NCBI RefSeq assembly: GCF_001447785.1
Contig: NW_015165831.1
Coordinates: 1,364,064 to 1,428,063 of the forward strand
DNA length: 64,000 nucleotides
Direction: 5' to 3'
From: Gekko japonicus
Lineage: Eukaryota
The translations under genes were made by a program, and so were the position numbers. The notes beneath the pieces are model-generated. The model was not told the origin of the DNA, did not search any database, and saw nothing but the letters and a program-made list of their open reading frames with translations. Shown here piece after piece: positions 24,580 to 38,900 of the stretch. Positions within the stretch are counted from its first letter, which is position 1, and each line of letters begins with the position of its first letter.

Positions 24580-24933
24580 TACCACCGTAAAGGCCTCTAC
24601 GAAGCGGAGCAAGGCGCGGTTGCTAAGGCGACACTACCGTTTCCGCCGATTGGTCATTCTGACAAAAGAAGGCGGGACTAGGTCGGCAGAGGCCGCGTCC
24701 GGAAGAAGCGTTTCATGCAAGAGAGGCGAACCGGAAGGTGAAGCGAGAGGCTGTGAGTGGGCGATGGAGGAGTCAATTACGAGGTTTGTTGTCAGGGGGT
24801 CTGTTGTCAAGCGCCCGCTCGCTGCCGATCGAGTGGAGCTTGGCGGCGGCAGTTGTCAACGCTGAGGGCGGTGGAGCCAGGCAGGGAGGCAGGCAGCCCT
24901 CCCGGTAGATATTGGCTGTCCTGCCGCTGGAGG
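24580..24933 (+). promoter_or_regulatory. KATNB1 CpG promoter and probable non-coding exon 1 (donor G|GTGAGT at 24933/24934)
   Basis: CpG island with X-box GTTGCTAAGGCGAC (24619-24632), reverse CCAAT (gattgg), GC box ggcggga and two CCGGAAG ETS sites; next acceptor tttcag| at 26746. Confidence 0.75.
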
Positions 24934-26981
24934 GTGAGTGGCTAGAGGCTGAGGCTAGAGAAGAAGCACACTCCAGCATGGCGGGGGCGCAGAAGGCACA
25001 GTGTGGCCTTGGTCACTGCCTGGTCCGCCTCCCTTTCCCCTCAGTGAGCGGGAGGAGGCGCTTAGTGAAGCCTTTGGGCCGCCTCCCCCTTGCCTCTGCC
25101 CGTTTCAAAGCTTATAGTTGAGTTCCTTGCTAGGACGCCCTTGTAGCGCTGGCAGTAATAACAGTCATAATAATACCAATAATAGTAACATTGTTAGAGA
25201 GTAACCTCCTTTATTGCTTTCTCAAATCAACGAGGTCACTCATATAACTGCTAATTAGAACAGCTGTTTCTAATAGAATATTTGGAAGTACAGAATAATT
25301 GCTGCAAGGTAGTTGCCTGCCCACACTGCCACTTATTATTATTGCTATATAGACTGTATTATAATAGGAGATATATCTCAGTGGTACAGCATCTGCTTTG
25401 CACGCAGGTAGGTATCGGGTTCAGTTCCTGGCACCTTCATTTTAAAGGGATCAGGTAGTGTGACCCTGGAGAGCTCTGGAAATCAGAATAGAGAACCCTG
25501 ACCTTGATCGATCAAAGGGCCTGACTTGGTAGAAGGCAGCTTCGTGTTTTATTTGCGTAGGGCTCTGCACTGTGTGTGTATTATTTGTACTGTGAATATC
25601 ATTTGTATGGGTGTGCCAATTCAGGTTTAAAAGTGCTTTACATGCATCAATTTGTGGTAGCCCTGTTAGGCTGGTCAGTATTGTTCTTCCAGGATTAAAG
25701 TTGAGAAGATGGTTTAGCTAGGGCCATGAAGTAACAGGGTATGATTTGGACTTCCTGGGTCACAGTTCATCCTGTTTGGTTGAGGCCGATAGAGATGGGG
25801 CTACTAGACTCCCTCCTAGAACAGGCTTCATGTGCCTCTCCTCAATCCTAGGATTTTTAAGAGAGGGAATGTTACCTGACACTGATGCTCCCACTGGTGG
25901 GAAGTTGCACCTCTATTCTTTGGTATGTGATGTTGTACTTAGATTAATGTGCAGTTGCGGTTGAATGCCAGATGTTCTTTCTCCATTAGACTAGGATCTG
26001 GGAGATCCAGGTTCAAATCTACTCTCTGATATCAAGCTTACTAGCTGACTCTGGGCTAGTCCTGGCCTAATTTCCTTCACAGGGTTGTCATGACGATAAC
26101 CGGGAGAAGAGAGAACTGTGTACGACTTCCATGAGCCCCTTAGAGGAAGGGGTGGCCAATAGACATAGACATTGTTTTAGAAATGAAGTGTTCATTGATT
26201 TAGCTAGTGTACATTAAAGAAAACATCTATAGTAATGACTGCAGCAACTTTATTTTTCATCATATTTAAAATGTGTTTTTAAATCGCTCATTAGTATGCT
26301 GCGTCTGTGGTAACCACCTTGTGAGAAACTAGGCACACAGTAGATTTCTTCTAGTATTTGTTAATCAGGTTTATGTCAATGATATATGTCTTCAGAGAAA
26401 ACTAGTTTGGTCCTGAAAGATTTGGGAACTGGTATCATTTTGTGCTCCATTGCCTGGCTATGCACCACTACCTGTAGGTGATGGTTTTCTTGGATTATGA
26501 GCTGTCTACCATTTCTGAGAAGTGTGTTAAGCATAATGTTCTGAAAAATAATATTTTAGTGCTTTAAGGACATTCACACACATACTCCTGTAAATAGGTG
26601 ATGGTATGTATTGTGTTGTGCTCCAGGAAATGGCTGTTCAGATATGTGGACAAATGAGTAACCTCATTAAGCTCTTTAAAGTTGTTTGTTTGCTTTTACC
26701 ATGTTTTGCTGGAGTAATTGATGTGATTCTATCTACTGTCTTTCAGGTTAATTGCTTCCCAGGACCTGGCTCACTTAATGGAAGAAACAGGCCTCTGGAT
26801 CTAGGAGGAGATGGTATAGCAATAACAATAATTGTTCTAAGGAACATTTTGTTGACTTGACTGCTGCAGGGCAGTTCACAAACTGGAGCTTCATACCTGT
26901 GGGGTTTTGCCCCATACACGCTGATGAAAACACAGCCTTTGGGCAGAAAAAGCTGGTTCTCTTGAGTGGTGTCAGACCCCC

Positions 26982-29900
26982 ATGATGGCAGCTGCAGTCG
27001 TCACCAAGACAGCTTGGAAGCTGCGTAAGTGAAATTCTCTCTTTGCTAGCTAGACCTTTACAATGTTAGCAGCTCCACTTTGGAGCATATTAATTCCATC
27101 TTGGTTCCTCCCCCTGGGCCTTGCTACTGTATTTTCTTTTCCTTCTTTTCTTCTCTTAGCCTGTCTTCTTTTCTGGGGAGGCTTGTTCATGGGGCATAGG
27201 TCTTAATGCTGCTAACTTTTGCTTTCAGACTTGGGGAGAGAAGTGCCAAGGGCAAATTTTCTGCACCGTAGTATAAGTTTAGTGTATTGATGTGCTTTGC
27301 GGGGAGGAATGATGGCTGCGGCTTATACAGAAAGATCCCAAACTATCTTGAGGCGTGTGTCAACCCGAGGTTTCAAGGCTAACAGTGAACAGCTGCCTTA
27401 ACAGGTGGTGAACAAATTTCTGCTTAGCTGAGACTGCTTAAAGATAGCTTATTGTTTGTCTAGTTCTGGCATATCATTGTATACAGTTGGTGCTGTCATT
27501 TTTGCACTTCTTTCCTCTATTGTCTAGCTTTGGGTATTAAATCTAATTCCATACCCCTGTGCAATTCTTTATCATCAAGGGAGATACCAAAAATATGCTT
27601 CTCTGCATAGGGGATGTGGGGGGACACACGCACACAATAAGTGACAATTAAAGGAAGTTTAAGAACAGTTTGTTCAAAATTTCCCACTCCTGTGGGGAGA
27701 AGCCCTGCAAGTAAAGAAAGTTATTGCCATTGGAGAAGAAGAGATGAGCTAATGCTACACATGTGGATGCCTCAGTGCAGCCCCAGACTAGGAAATGCTA
27801 AGCTGGCAGCCTGTATTGTTGAGCTTCTTCATCTGCTAACTTTAGAGGTATCCAGTACTTCTTTAAGAGTAGAATAGGAGGAGAGAACTCTGGATAGACA
27901 AGTGCTGTCATTTAACCTACATACAAAAGATAAAGGGCTCCATTTAGACCAGTATCCTGTTTCACACAGTGGCGAACTGGTTGCCCTAGAGGGCCAACAA
28001 ACAGCACATAGAACCCAAGGCCATCCCCCAATATTGTCTCCTAGCACTGGGCTTCAGAGGTTTACTCCTTCTGAATATGGAGGGCGCTTTTACTTGCCAT
28101 GGCTAGTAGCCATATCAAATGTATTGCTGTGAAGGCCATCCTAAACAAGGTGCCCTAGTATGTGTATCCAGAAGCAGTTGTTGAAACTTCCCAGGTAGGT
28201 GGCAAACTAGGTCTGCTCTGTATAGTTATTAAGAGCAGTGCTCTTCTGCTGAGTATGTATAGCTGTACTGTTTAATTGTTCTGACAGTTGGAAACAACAG
28301 CATTTAGTACTGGGGGAGACCTCCAAGTGAAAAGGAGGAAGCAGCCAATCAGGAGGATGTGGAAGGCAAGTGAACTCGTGTCCGGCAAACATTTATTGGA
28401 AAAGAAATTTCATTTTGAGGCTGGAGCTCATTTGCAGAAGCCAAGGGATGGTGTTGCTCAGGTTGTGGTATTATTAGTTTGCAGGTTGGCAAAACCTGCA
28501 GATTCTGAGCTGAGCAGTTGGGCTTCTGGCCTGAACGCCTATCTTGTTCCAGCTTATGCACCTGCAGCAGGGTGGCATAGGGCTTCCTGTCTTTCTCTTT
28601 AAAAAAAAAACCAAACTCTTATTTAAAATGCCGCAGTGTGCATAAAACATGCAACTAAAATAACTTTTCTCTACTGCTTTGTCATTAAATGTGTGCTTAA
28701 GTATATTGTTGTATGTGGGGTGTGGGATGGTAATAAGACTGATAATGGAAAGTACTCAGCCTTTACATTTGCTTTGTCCTGCAGAGGAAATTACAGCTCA
28801 CAGTAGCAATGTTTCTTCACTGGTGCTTGGAAAAAATTCGGGCCGGCTGCTGGCAACTGGTGGAGATGATTGTCGGGTTAACATCTGGTCAGTTAACAAG
28901 CCCAACTGTATTATGGTAAGAATTGGCTAAATCTCCTTTGGCTTGCAGAAAAGTGGGCCAGGAAGTAATAGCTTTGCCAGGGAGAAAACTAGCTTTTTAA
29001 AGCACTGGAGTTCAACAAGGGGAAAAAATCCTCTCTGTGTTACCCGGGGAGGTGGGGGGGGACGGGACAGTGTGGTTGTAGAAAGGAAGAAAGAAAGAAT
29101 TCAAAAACAATTAGGGATGCTTTTTCCCACCAGTAAATTGTAACAATAGGTTAGCCACCAATTAATGCTGTCTTCACTATATCTAGGTTTGACTTAAATG
29201 GATTAAAAAGAGGCCTCATCCAGAAGAACCTGGAGCTTATCCATTACCACCCGTACTCAGTACTCCCCCCACACACCGTGCACCATCTTAAGTGTCCATA
29301 GATGGTCTTATTACCTTTCCCCAGCAGAATTTACCACTTGTGAGTCCTGTGCAAAGTGATTTAGGCTTGGATGGATTTCTTTGGCCTTGGCATATATTTT
29401 CTTCCAGCCTGTTCTTCAAGGGGGTGAGAAGAAATTCTGATGAATTCCTGATATCATCAAGACAGGAGGTTAGTTAGCACCGACCATGGTAGGATTCAAA
29501 TCCAGTTTCCTCTTCTTGTAGATCTTAAGATTCTTTTTCACCCCATCCCTGTTTTTTGACCCAGGCTGGCCTAAGCTGTTAGATAGTATATATTGGTCAT
29601 CAGTAGTGCAGAACTTTTCTGGCCCTGCTAGTTGACTTCCTGATGGCACCTGGGTTTCGGCCACAGTGTGACACAGTGTTGGACTGGATGGGCCATTGTC
29701 CTGATCCAACATGGCTTCTCTTATGTTCTTGTGTTAACTTCCTGGACCCCTTTTTCTTTTCTGCTAATTGTCAGAGGGCAGGTAAGCCAATCTAGAAGCT
29801 TCTCCTGTAGCATAGGAGTTGATTTGCTGTGGCTACAGTACTGCTTCAGTAACAGATGAAGGAACCATCTGGGCAAAGCCAGTTTCCAGTTAAAGAGGCA

Positions 29901-32900
29901 TTAAGTGAAAAGGAGTCTCTGCAATGGGAACTGGTTGACATTTGGGAGGGGCCATGGATCAGTAGAAGAGCGTCTGTTTGGCATGCAAAAAGTCACAGGT
30001 TCAATTCCTGGCATCTCCTATTAAAAGAGTCAGGAAGCAGGTGATGTGAGAGATTGTTGCCTGAGACCCTGGCGAGCTGCTTCCAGTCAGAGTAGACAAT
30101 ACTGACCGTGATGGACCAGAGGTCTGACTGAATATAAGGCAGTTTCATATGTTCATCTGGGAAGGTTGTTCCTTCCCATACAGATGTTGCTTGGCTTCCG
30201 GAAGGGTGACCAAAGACAACTGCATTTTCTAGTGAAAAAGGTCAAGATGGGAAGCTGTGTTAGTCTGTCTGTAGCAGCAGAAAAGAGCAAGAGTCCAGGA
30301 GCACCTTAAAGACTAACAAAATTTGTGGCAGGGGATGAACTTTTGTGAGTCACGGCTCACTTCTTCAGATATCTGAAAAAGTGAGCAGTGATTTACGAAA
30401 CCCCCCCCCCTGCCACAAATTTTGTTAGTCTTTAAAGTGCTGCTGGACTCTTGATCTTTTCTACAGCTAGTGAAAAAGGCTTGTACATTTAAATGCTCAA
30501 ACCGTGGCATTTAGTGAACATGAAGGCTTGCGGGGGAGGGCGGGTTAAAAATACCATAATAATAATAATAATAATAATAATGAGGTTTGGAGGTCAATAA
30601 GAGTTTCTTGAACAAGAGTGGGGTACATTGCTGGGCTAGCCACAAAATGGAGAACACCAGGATTGCCAAAGTGCTTTAATGGTGACCGTATTTCCTATAA
30701 TGTAGTCCAGTAATATACGTTGGGAGTCAGCAGACTTTCATCTGGACTGTCATAGGGCAGGCTAGTTGTTTCTTTGATCTGGATACACTGATGAGGTGTG
30801 AAATGCATCTTCCACTTCTTAAGAAGACTCTTCCCTTTTGTTAAACTCTTCACAATTAGGACTTAACAACTTTTGGTGAATTTTCTGAACTTACAACAAA
30901 CAGATTGTATTTTTCTATGAAACTCATTGAATATTGTCATATGTATTGCACTGTTAATTAGAAAATTATATAAAAACTATGAAATACATTTGTAAGTAAT
31001 TATCATTAGTTAGTCTGTCATGGTTTAATCCTATTTGATATAGAAGTTTCCGTGATTCTCTCTTTGTTTGGTTGCAGCCATAACTGACTGGTTTGTAGAG
31101 GTCTGGCTGCTAATCTTTGAGAACAGAAGGTGGGTAGGGGGTACTTTGCAAGACAGATTTTGCGTGCATATTATTGGGCAAATACATAAGCACCTTTTGC
31201 ACAGGGTTATCATTTTAAGAACAAGATAGCATTAACCTGAAAATGAAGTTCTAGCTCTAACTCTTAAGCCTACTTACACTGTAGGTTAGAGACTGATCAT
31301 TCCCATACATTTAAATATTGGTTTCCTTGCTAGAGTGATAAATTTTAGCAGTAAGGTCATCTGTGTTTTCTCTTGTTATGTAAAGAGTTATGTAGCCAGA
31401 TCCACAGTTTCAAGTACACTGGAACTCTGAGGACAATCTTGCTTGGCATCTTACATGTCTCTGTCCCTTCCAGTAGTGCTATGGGCGTTGTTTGCAGTCT
31501 GTTTAGTGTATTTTCCTCCAAGGAGCTCAGAGCAGCATACATGATTTGTCTTTCCTCCGTTTTATCCTCACAACAGCTCTGCAAGGTAGATTAGGCTGAG
31601 AGAGCAAAAGGCGACTGGCCCACAGTCACCCAGTGAGCTTCATAGCTGAGTGGGGACTTGAACATGGATCTCCCAGAGCCTGCTCTGACCAGTGTATCAC
31701 TCTAGCATTCTGCTGCTGTAAAAAACTTTGTTCTCTATCAGGTAGAGACTGTAGAAGATAATTTTCCAAAATTTTTCTTCCTTTCCAAGATGAAAAATAG
31801 TTTAAAAGCAAAAAGGCCACTGAATATTTATATCAGTTATTCCAGTTTTAATTAGATGTAGGTTAATTAAAAAAAGATCAGCCTCTGCAGAATAGTAATT
31901 TCAATTACTTAGCCTGAGCTTGTTTTTTGTGCAATAGGCAAAATTAAGCTGTCTGTATTCTAATAGCAGTTTAGTTCTTGGATCTTTTCTTAATCCACCA
32001 ATAGGAGGAACTCTGTTCCTCCTTTTACCCTGGAGGCTGGTGCACTGGTATCTTCTGGGGCTGTGAACATGGCGGTCATGTAACTTCCTTGTAACTCCCT
32101 ACCTTGACCTGCAGAAAGAAGTATAGTGATCACTCTCGGATCCTCAGAGCTGCTGCTGTGAGCTCTGGTTTGAGGTGGTTGCTACTCTTTATGTCTTGTC
32201 CAGAGTCTGACTGGGCACACAACTCCCGTGGAGAGCGTGAAGATCAGTACCAGTGAAGAGCTGATTGTTGCAGGGTCACAGTCAGGCTCCATTCGAATCT
32301 GGGATCTGGAAGCTGCCAAAAGTAAGTTCAGAGCCAAATTGTTTTGTGACTTCCAGTTTCTAGACTGCATTGCAACTATCTGGCTTTGTAAACAGCACTG
32401 ATTAGATTTTAAGAAATTGTGTGTGTAAACTTCACCCAGTTTGTATTAATTTCTAATTCTAATTTCATTTTAAACCATATTTTGAACTGACGTTTTAAAA
32501 TATCTGCCTGATCTTAATTTTTTAGAATGGATTTTTTTGGGGGGAGGGGGGGAATCAATGCTTGCTAGCTTTGTTGTCTGGTATGCACGCTATTCTGTGC
32601 TGAAACTCTTTAGCTAGATTATCTCAATATTTTCCTTCCTACCCAGTTATTCGTACTTTAATGGGTCACAAAGCAAACATCTGCAGCCTAGATTTCCATC
32701 CTTTTGGAGACTTTGTAGCTTCAGGCTCTATGGATACTAATGTTAAGGTAAGCTTGCACTGAGTATTTCTCTTTGGCAGCAGTTAGTTCCCTGTGGAATA
32801 TTTCTTCTGCAACACCTGCATATTGGTTTGTTATTGAGGGGTGCTGTTGATATTCTTGCTTGACACATCTGAAATACTGTTGCTAAATGCAGCCTCTGTA

Positions 32901-35900
32901 GCAAACTGGCAATTTATCCCTGGGTGTTTCAGATTTTTCTTCAGATTTCCCCCCAGTTGAATGATAGTTCCCATTATTGGTGGGTGGTGGAAGAAGCTGC
33001 TTATCATTGGACATAAAAAATGGAAAATACATACCGTAGCTTGTGAAACTCACTGTTCCCTGGACTTAGTATAATAACTAATCTAATGGAATTACATGAT
33101 TTAAAAAAAATCTTAGCTTTAGTTGGATCTTTTGAGAGATTTTCAGAGCACTTCCAATTTTGTAACTTTTCTTTTCTTCCCCCCCCCCTCTTGTGTAGCT
33201 TTGGGATGTTAGGAGAAAAGGCTGTGTCTTTAGGTACAAGGTAAGAGAAATTGTTCTGTCTAGGTCTCATGCAGGACTCTGCTAGGACACCTCTAAAATC
33301 TCCTGTGCCATTTGCTGTTATTACAAAAATGTACCTAGAAAAGTCTTTGAACCCAGGATAAGTATACATGCTTTGGCAGTGTCTCTGCGATTCCTTTGCA
33401 TGAATATCCAGCAATTCAGCCACCAAAGTCTGCAGCTGTACTATTTATGTAAGCGTCTACAAAGCTGTATTCTGCCCATTTCATATCTATTTACTTAAGT
33501 TGTCACTGTTTTCAAAGACTTCAGGTAGTTTACTAAATGTCTAGTGTCTTGTACATGTAACTTAACATAGTGAAACAAGATGACCTGTCCTGCTACACTA
33601 GAGTAAATGTGATATTGTTAATGTAGTATTGAAGTCAGAGAAACTCCACAATTAAGTCACAAGCTTTTTGTAAAAAAGCCAGTAAGAGACAACTAAAATC
33701 AAAATGAAGTAACAAATATATTTTACAAGGGGAAGCCTCGAAAATATTCTTTTCAAGATGATTCTCATTCCAAAAACTTCAAAAGGCAAAAAAGTTAATT
33801 GTACAGTTATTAGAACTAGTCTTACCTCTTGAGTAACCTTAAGCAGGCAAATCTTATGAGATACTTTTGTCTTTACGTACAGTGCATCCGCAATACACAG
33901 CATTTAAATAACGTTTTCGTGTCCAAAGCATTTCCCATAAGCTTTTTTGGCAACCCCTCATTTTTCAAAGTTCTTTGGATACAATGGATGACTTCTGTCT
34001 GCTGCTCTGACCCTTTCAGAAAGGGCGGGATGTAAAGGTGTTACTGTTAAAAGCAGTTCCATTATCAAGCTATGAAGAGAGAGGTTTAGTTTTCTTGTCA
34101 GCTAATAGCTCCCATTATTTCCCCAGAATTTAGACCTGGCAAAGAGAGGGGATAGCTGTATGTTACCCTGTTGCGGTGCTGACAGCCTGGTGCCATTATG
34201 GATTAGCAGATTTATTGTGCATCAGCTGGGTTGCCTTGACAGGCATAATCTGCCTTCATGTTGGGTACAAAAGATCCACAGACAGGCTGTCTGCTTGGGT
34301 CTTATTCTCTTCAATGTAGATGACCTGATTTTTGGGGGGGGGGGGGACGGCGGCAAGAGGTATGCTGCACAGCCAGTTGCCTCTTGAATCATGACAGCAT
34401 AGCAGCTACACTAAGAAAGGAAGAACGGTCCTGCTTCTGACCCCCATCCTGAAAGTGCCGTGCTGTTTCCAGGGAACGTACCGCATCCACTTGCTTTTAC
34501 AGGGTCACACGCAAGCAGTCCGTTGTCTCCGATTTAGCCCTGATGGGAAGTGGCTGGCATCCTCATCAGACGATCACACTGTGAAGGTAAGGGTACGGTG
34601 GTGTGGACTGTTTCATTCTCTGGCACACCTGTTCCTGGAGTGGCAATGTCAGTCACTCGTGTTTGCCTGCCTCCCTGCTTTTAATGTCTTATGTGAAGAA
34701 AGGTGCTCTTGTTCAGAAGGATGAGATACGGGGCTGGGCAGCCACACCCCACTCAAAGCATGGCTGTTCATTCTTCTCTCCAGCTCTGGGATCTGGCTGC
34801 CGGGAAGATCATGTGCGAGTTCACAGAACACACGGGCCCAGTAAATGTCGTCGAATTCCATCCCAACGAATACCTTTTGGCTTCTCGTAGCTCTGACAGG
34901 TAAGTGCTCATAGCTCTGACAGGGAAAACTAGGACAGTGGCTACACTGCAAGACAAGAGTGTGGTAAAAGCTTGTAATGCCATGTTTTAAACTTTCATAC
35001 TTTAGCTTCTAGGCTTTGAACTATTGTGATGGAGGAAGATGTCAAAAATATGAAAGCTTAGCTTTGACCTGGATAGCCCAGGCAAGCCTGATCTCATGAA
35101 ATCACGGAAGCTAATCAGGGCTGACCTTGGCAAGTACTTGGAAGGGAGGCCTCCAGGGAATACCAGGGCTCAGGACACAAAGGCAGGCAATATCAAGCCA
35201 CCTCTCTGAAAGTCCAAACCCCACTAGGGGTCACCATGACTTCCAGGCACACAAGCGCATGTGCGTATGCACACACACACACAAAGTGTGAAAGAATAGA
35301 ATATGGGGCTGGTTAGGGAGGGAGCATAATGCTTCTGTGGAATGCAGAAGTTCAGTTCTCAGATCCACTTTCTTGATAGTTTGCATACTTTTTCAAAAAC
35401 TTCTCTGTATAGTCCTGCCAGCCTTATTCTTGTTCAAGCATGTTCAAGCAAAAGACTTTGGCACAGATGTTCTGGCTCCTCAGTTAATCTTGGCAAAGTC
35501 ATGTTTCTTCTTTCCCTTTTTTGGCATCTGCAGGAGGTTTCACCTGTTTGGCTTGAGAGATGACTTTAAAATAGGCTCTCTCTTAATGTGATGAGAAATC
35601 TGCAACCAAGGAATCGGCCAGTTCATTTAGTTCAGAGGTGGGCAGACTTGGTGTTTCTGGGAGCATCATAACTTTTTACAAGAGCTTTTGGAGCTGCCAG
35701 TCACTTGGTGGGTGGAACCAGTCACAGAATGGCAGCTTGTCCAGAAATTACAGCGTTTTAGAGCTTGTCTGCCATGCTCGGTTGAGGAAGACTTTCCAGT
35801 GCTGTTTTCCGAAAGCATAACACCTCCACCCCCTCCCCAAATTGTAACTTGCTGCACAGGGGGAAAATATATAGTTACTTCTGTTTCCTCTAGAGCAGGC

Positions 35901-38900
35901 AAATGGCAGCTTTGGTGCAGGGAGGAAAGAGTCCATAGCACACTCCTCTTCTGTCCAGAGCAAAGCTGCACGGAAGAGGAATCGATAGGAAAGGGTGCCG
36001 TTGCTGTCCTTTCCCCATCCAGAGCAAAGGGGTGTATTGTGCGCATGCTCTGCCCCCTCCTTTGCAAAAAAGAGAAGCTGCTGTGGTAGCTTTAAAGGGC
36101 AGGATAAGGAAGTGACTACAAAAGTACTGGAGGAGGGGCGGAGAGCTGCTTTGAATTAATTGGCAAGTGACTGGTCACTCTGACAGGTTTTATCCTAGCC
36201 TCACTTTCTCACTGTCTCTGGAACAAGTAATTATGCCATTTTCTGTCTTTAGGGCCAGTTTGGTGTAGTGGTTAGGAGCTCTAATCTGGGAGAACCAGGT
36301 TTGATTCTCCACTACTCCACATGCAGCCGTTGGTGTGACCTTGGGTCAGTCACACGTTCTGTCAGAGCTGTTCTCTCAAGGGCAGTTCTCTCAGAGCTCT
36401 CTTAGCCCCACCTACCTCACAGGGTGTCTGTTATGGGGAGAAGGAGGGAAGGAAATTGTAAGCCACTCTGAGTGAAGGATGGGGTATAAATCCAATCTCT
36501 TCTCTTCTTCTTCTTCTTCTTTCATCTGAATTCTTAACAGAAACATAACCTGTTGCTGGAAGCATTGGCAGTAGTGCATGTTATTGATGGGGAAAGTCTG
36601 CATTTGTTGCAGGTTCCCTCAAATGCTCTCTTTTCTTGATTTGTCTTGCAGAACCATCAGGTTCTGGGACTTGGAAAAATTCCAGGTGGTGAGCTGCATT
36701 GAAGAAGAGGCCATTCCTGTCAGGTCAGTATGACTTGGGCAATGTAAAGAAGTGACACACAGTCTGGGAGAGGGGCATCCATAAGTTTGTGCTGCCTTCC
36801 CAGGGGAATCTCAGCCCAGTGAAGCTGCAGAGCTCTTGTGTTGCTTATTGTTAAAGCTTTTGAACTCATGAAGCTGCCTTAGGCTGAGTCAGACCATTGG
36901 TCCATCAAATTCAGTATTGTCTGCTCAGGCTGGCAGCAGCTGTCCAGGGTCTCAAGTGGAGGTCTTTCGCATTACCTACTGCCTGGTCCTTTTAACTGGA
37001 GATGCCAGGGAGGCTAAGGAAGGTGAGCTGTGCAATCAGTTGAAGGCCAGCAGAGATCAAAACCGGGAGCCTGGTTTGACTGGATTAACACTTGGCTTTC
37101 TGAGATGCATTGTCAGTGTACTTGGCGGCCCTTGCTTTGCTCAGCCGCACACTCAGCGCTCTCCTCTCCTCTTCAGGTGTGTGCTGTTTAACCCTGATGG
37201 CTGCTGCTTGTATGCTGGTTGCCATGACGCTCTGCGTGTGTACGGCTGGGAGCCTGAACGCTGCTTTGATGTGGTCATGGTGAATTGGGGCAAGGTGGCT
37301 GATTTGTCCGTCTGTAACAACCAACTGGTGAGTGAGTGAGGTGGTGCGGGTAACTTGAGTCGTCTAGCTTGCTTAGTGATAGGTTGTAGGTCCCCCTGGC
37401 TACCGGGGGGGGGGTAGGATTGTCAGCTCAGGTTGGGAATCTCCTGGAGATTTGGGGGTGGAGCCTAGGGAGGACAGGGACCTCAGCTGGGAACAATGCC
37501 ACAGAGTCCGCCCTCCAAAGCATCCATTTTCCTCGGGGGGACTGAGCTCTGTTATCTGGAGATGAGCTGTAATTCTGGGGGATCCCCAGGTCCCTCCTGG
37601 AGAGTGGCATCCCTACCTAATGTGTTGCTGGGCAGTGAATCAGGCAGCCATGGTTGATGGTACAGGCTGCAAGAGGTCTCTCTGGCAGCAAAAACAACAT
37701 GACAGTGGTGTTGCTGAGACACCTGTGTGGGACTGTATCTGCTGTGTTGGAGACAGGTCTAGGAGATTGTATGCATGTGGGAACCCAGGAAACTGCACTG
37801 AATCCTGTTGTCTGTTTCTATAAATATGTTCTTCAGGGAAAAAGCTTGTTCCCCCTTCCCATAGGAGCATAAGAAGAGCTCTGCTGGATCTGTCCAGTGG
37901 TCCATTTAGTCTAGCATCCTGTTTCATACAGTGGCCAGCCGTTTGCCCTGGAGGGTCAGCAAACAGGACACAGAGGCCAAGGCTTTCTCCCCGTGCTGCC
38001 TGCTAGCACTGGTATTCAGAGGTTTCCTGCATATAAATATGGAGGCTCCCTTTACTCACCATGGCTAGTAGCCAGTGATGGACAAATTATCTGGCAATCT
38101 GTGTAACCCCCTTTTAAAGCCATCTGTATTTGCGGCCATCAGTACCTTCCCTCCCCCTCAATTGCAGTGTCCTACTTTCTTAGTAATCTCAGTGGTGGGT
38201 TTTTGTTGACTCCAGGAGGATCCTGATAGGGGTCTTACGGATTTGATATAAAACCAGGGTGCAAAATGATGTGGTAGTTTATTTAGGCTGGTCATTGAAA
38301 AGGTGCTCTGGAATTCCGCAGTGGTTGAGGCTGTCTCTGTTCTTTGCAGATTGGAGTTTCTTTCTCGCAAAGCATTGTGTCTTCATTTGTTGTGGACCTT
38401 AATAGAGTCTCAAAATGCGGGTCAGGACTCCACGGGCTGGTTAGGGATGACAAGCCTCTTGTTCCGCCTGTGCCTATGGGCTCCTCTCTGCGACGCATCT
38501 ATGACAGGCCATCAACGACATGCAGCAGACCTCAAAGGTAAGGAAGGCTTCAGCCGTCTTTCTGGGAGTGCTAAAATTACTCCTTGGTTTCTGGTTGCGT
38601 AGGTAAAAGTGATTGAATCCCCATTGTCTTTGCCATCTGAGCAAGACGTAGCAAAAGGAATTAATTTTGATACAATTTCAAAAGGAAATCAGACAAAATC
38701 ATGCTAAATATCTGTTGTACCCTGCATTGCTCAATACGCACACTGTTATTTAACTTAAAAATTATATCGAAATGTTGTGTGTTGCTGCAGCCCCCATGCT
38801 ATTGCTTGCGCAAGCAGCTGTGCGAAGTATATCTTCCTTTCTGCTGATGCATCCACTGGATCTAACCCAGTATTTTTGTGGATTAACGGCAGAGTGAAAC

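Noticed and set aside
35062-35170. 5S rRNA gene
   Set aside because: Diverged and incomplete 5S sequence fused to a SINE body, with dispersed sister copies; not an rRNA gene.
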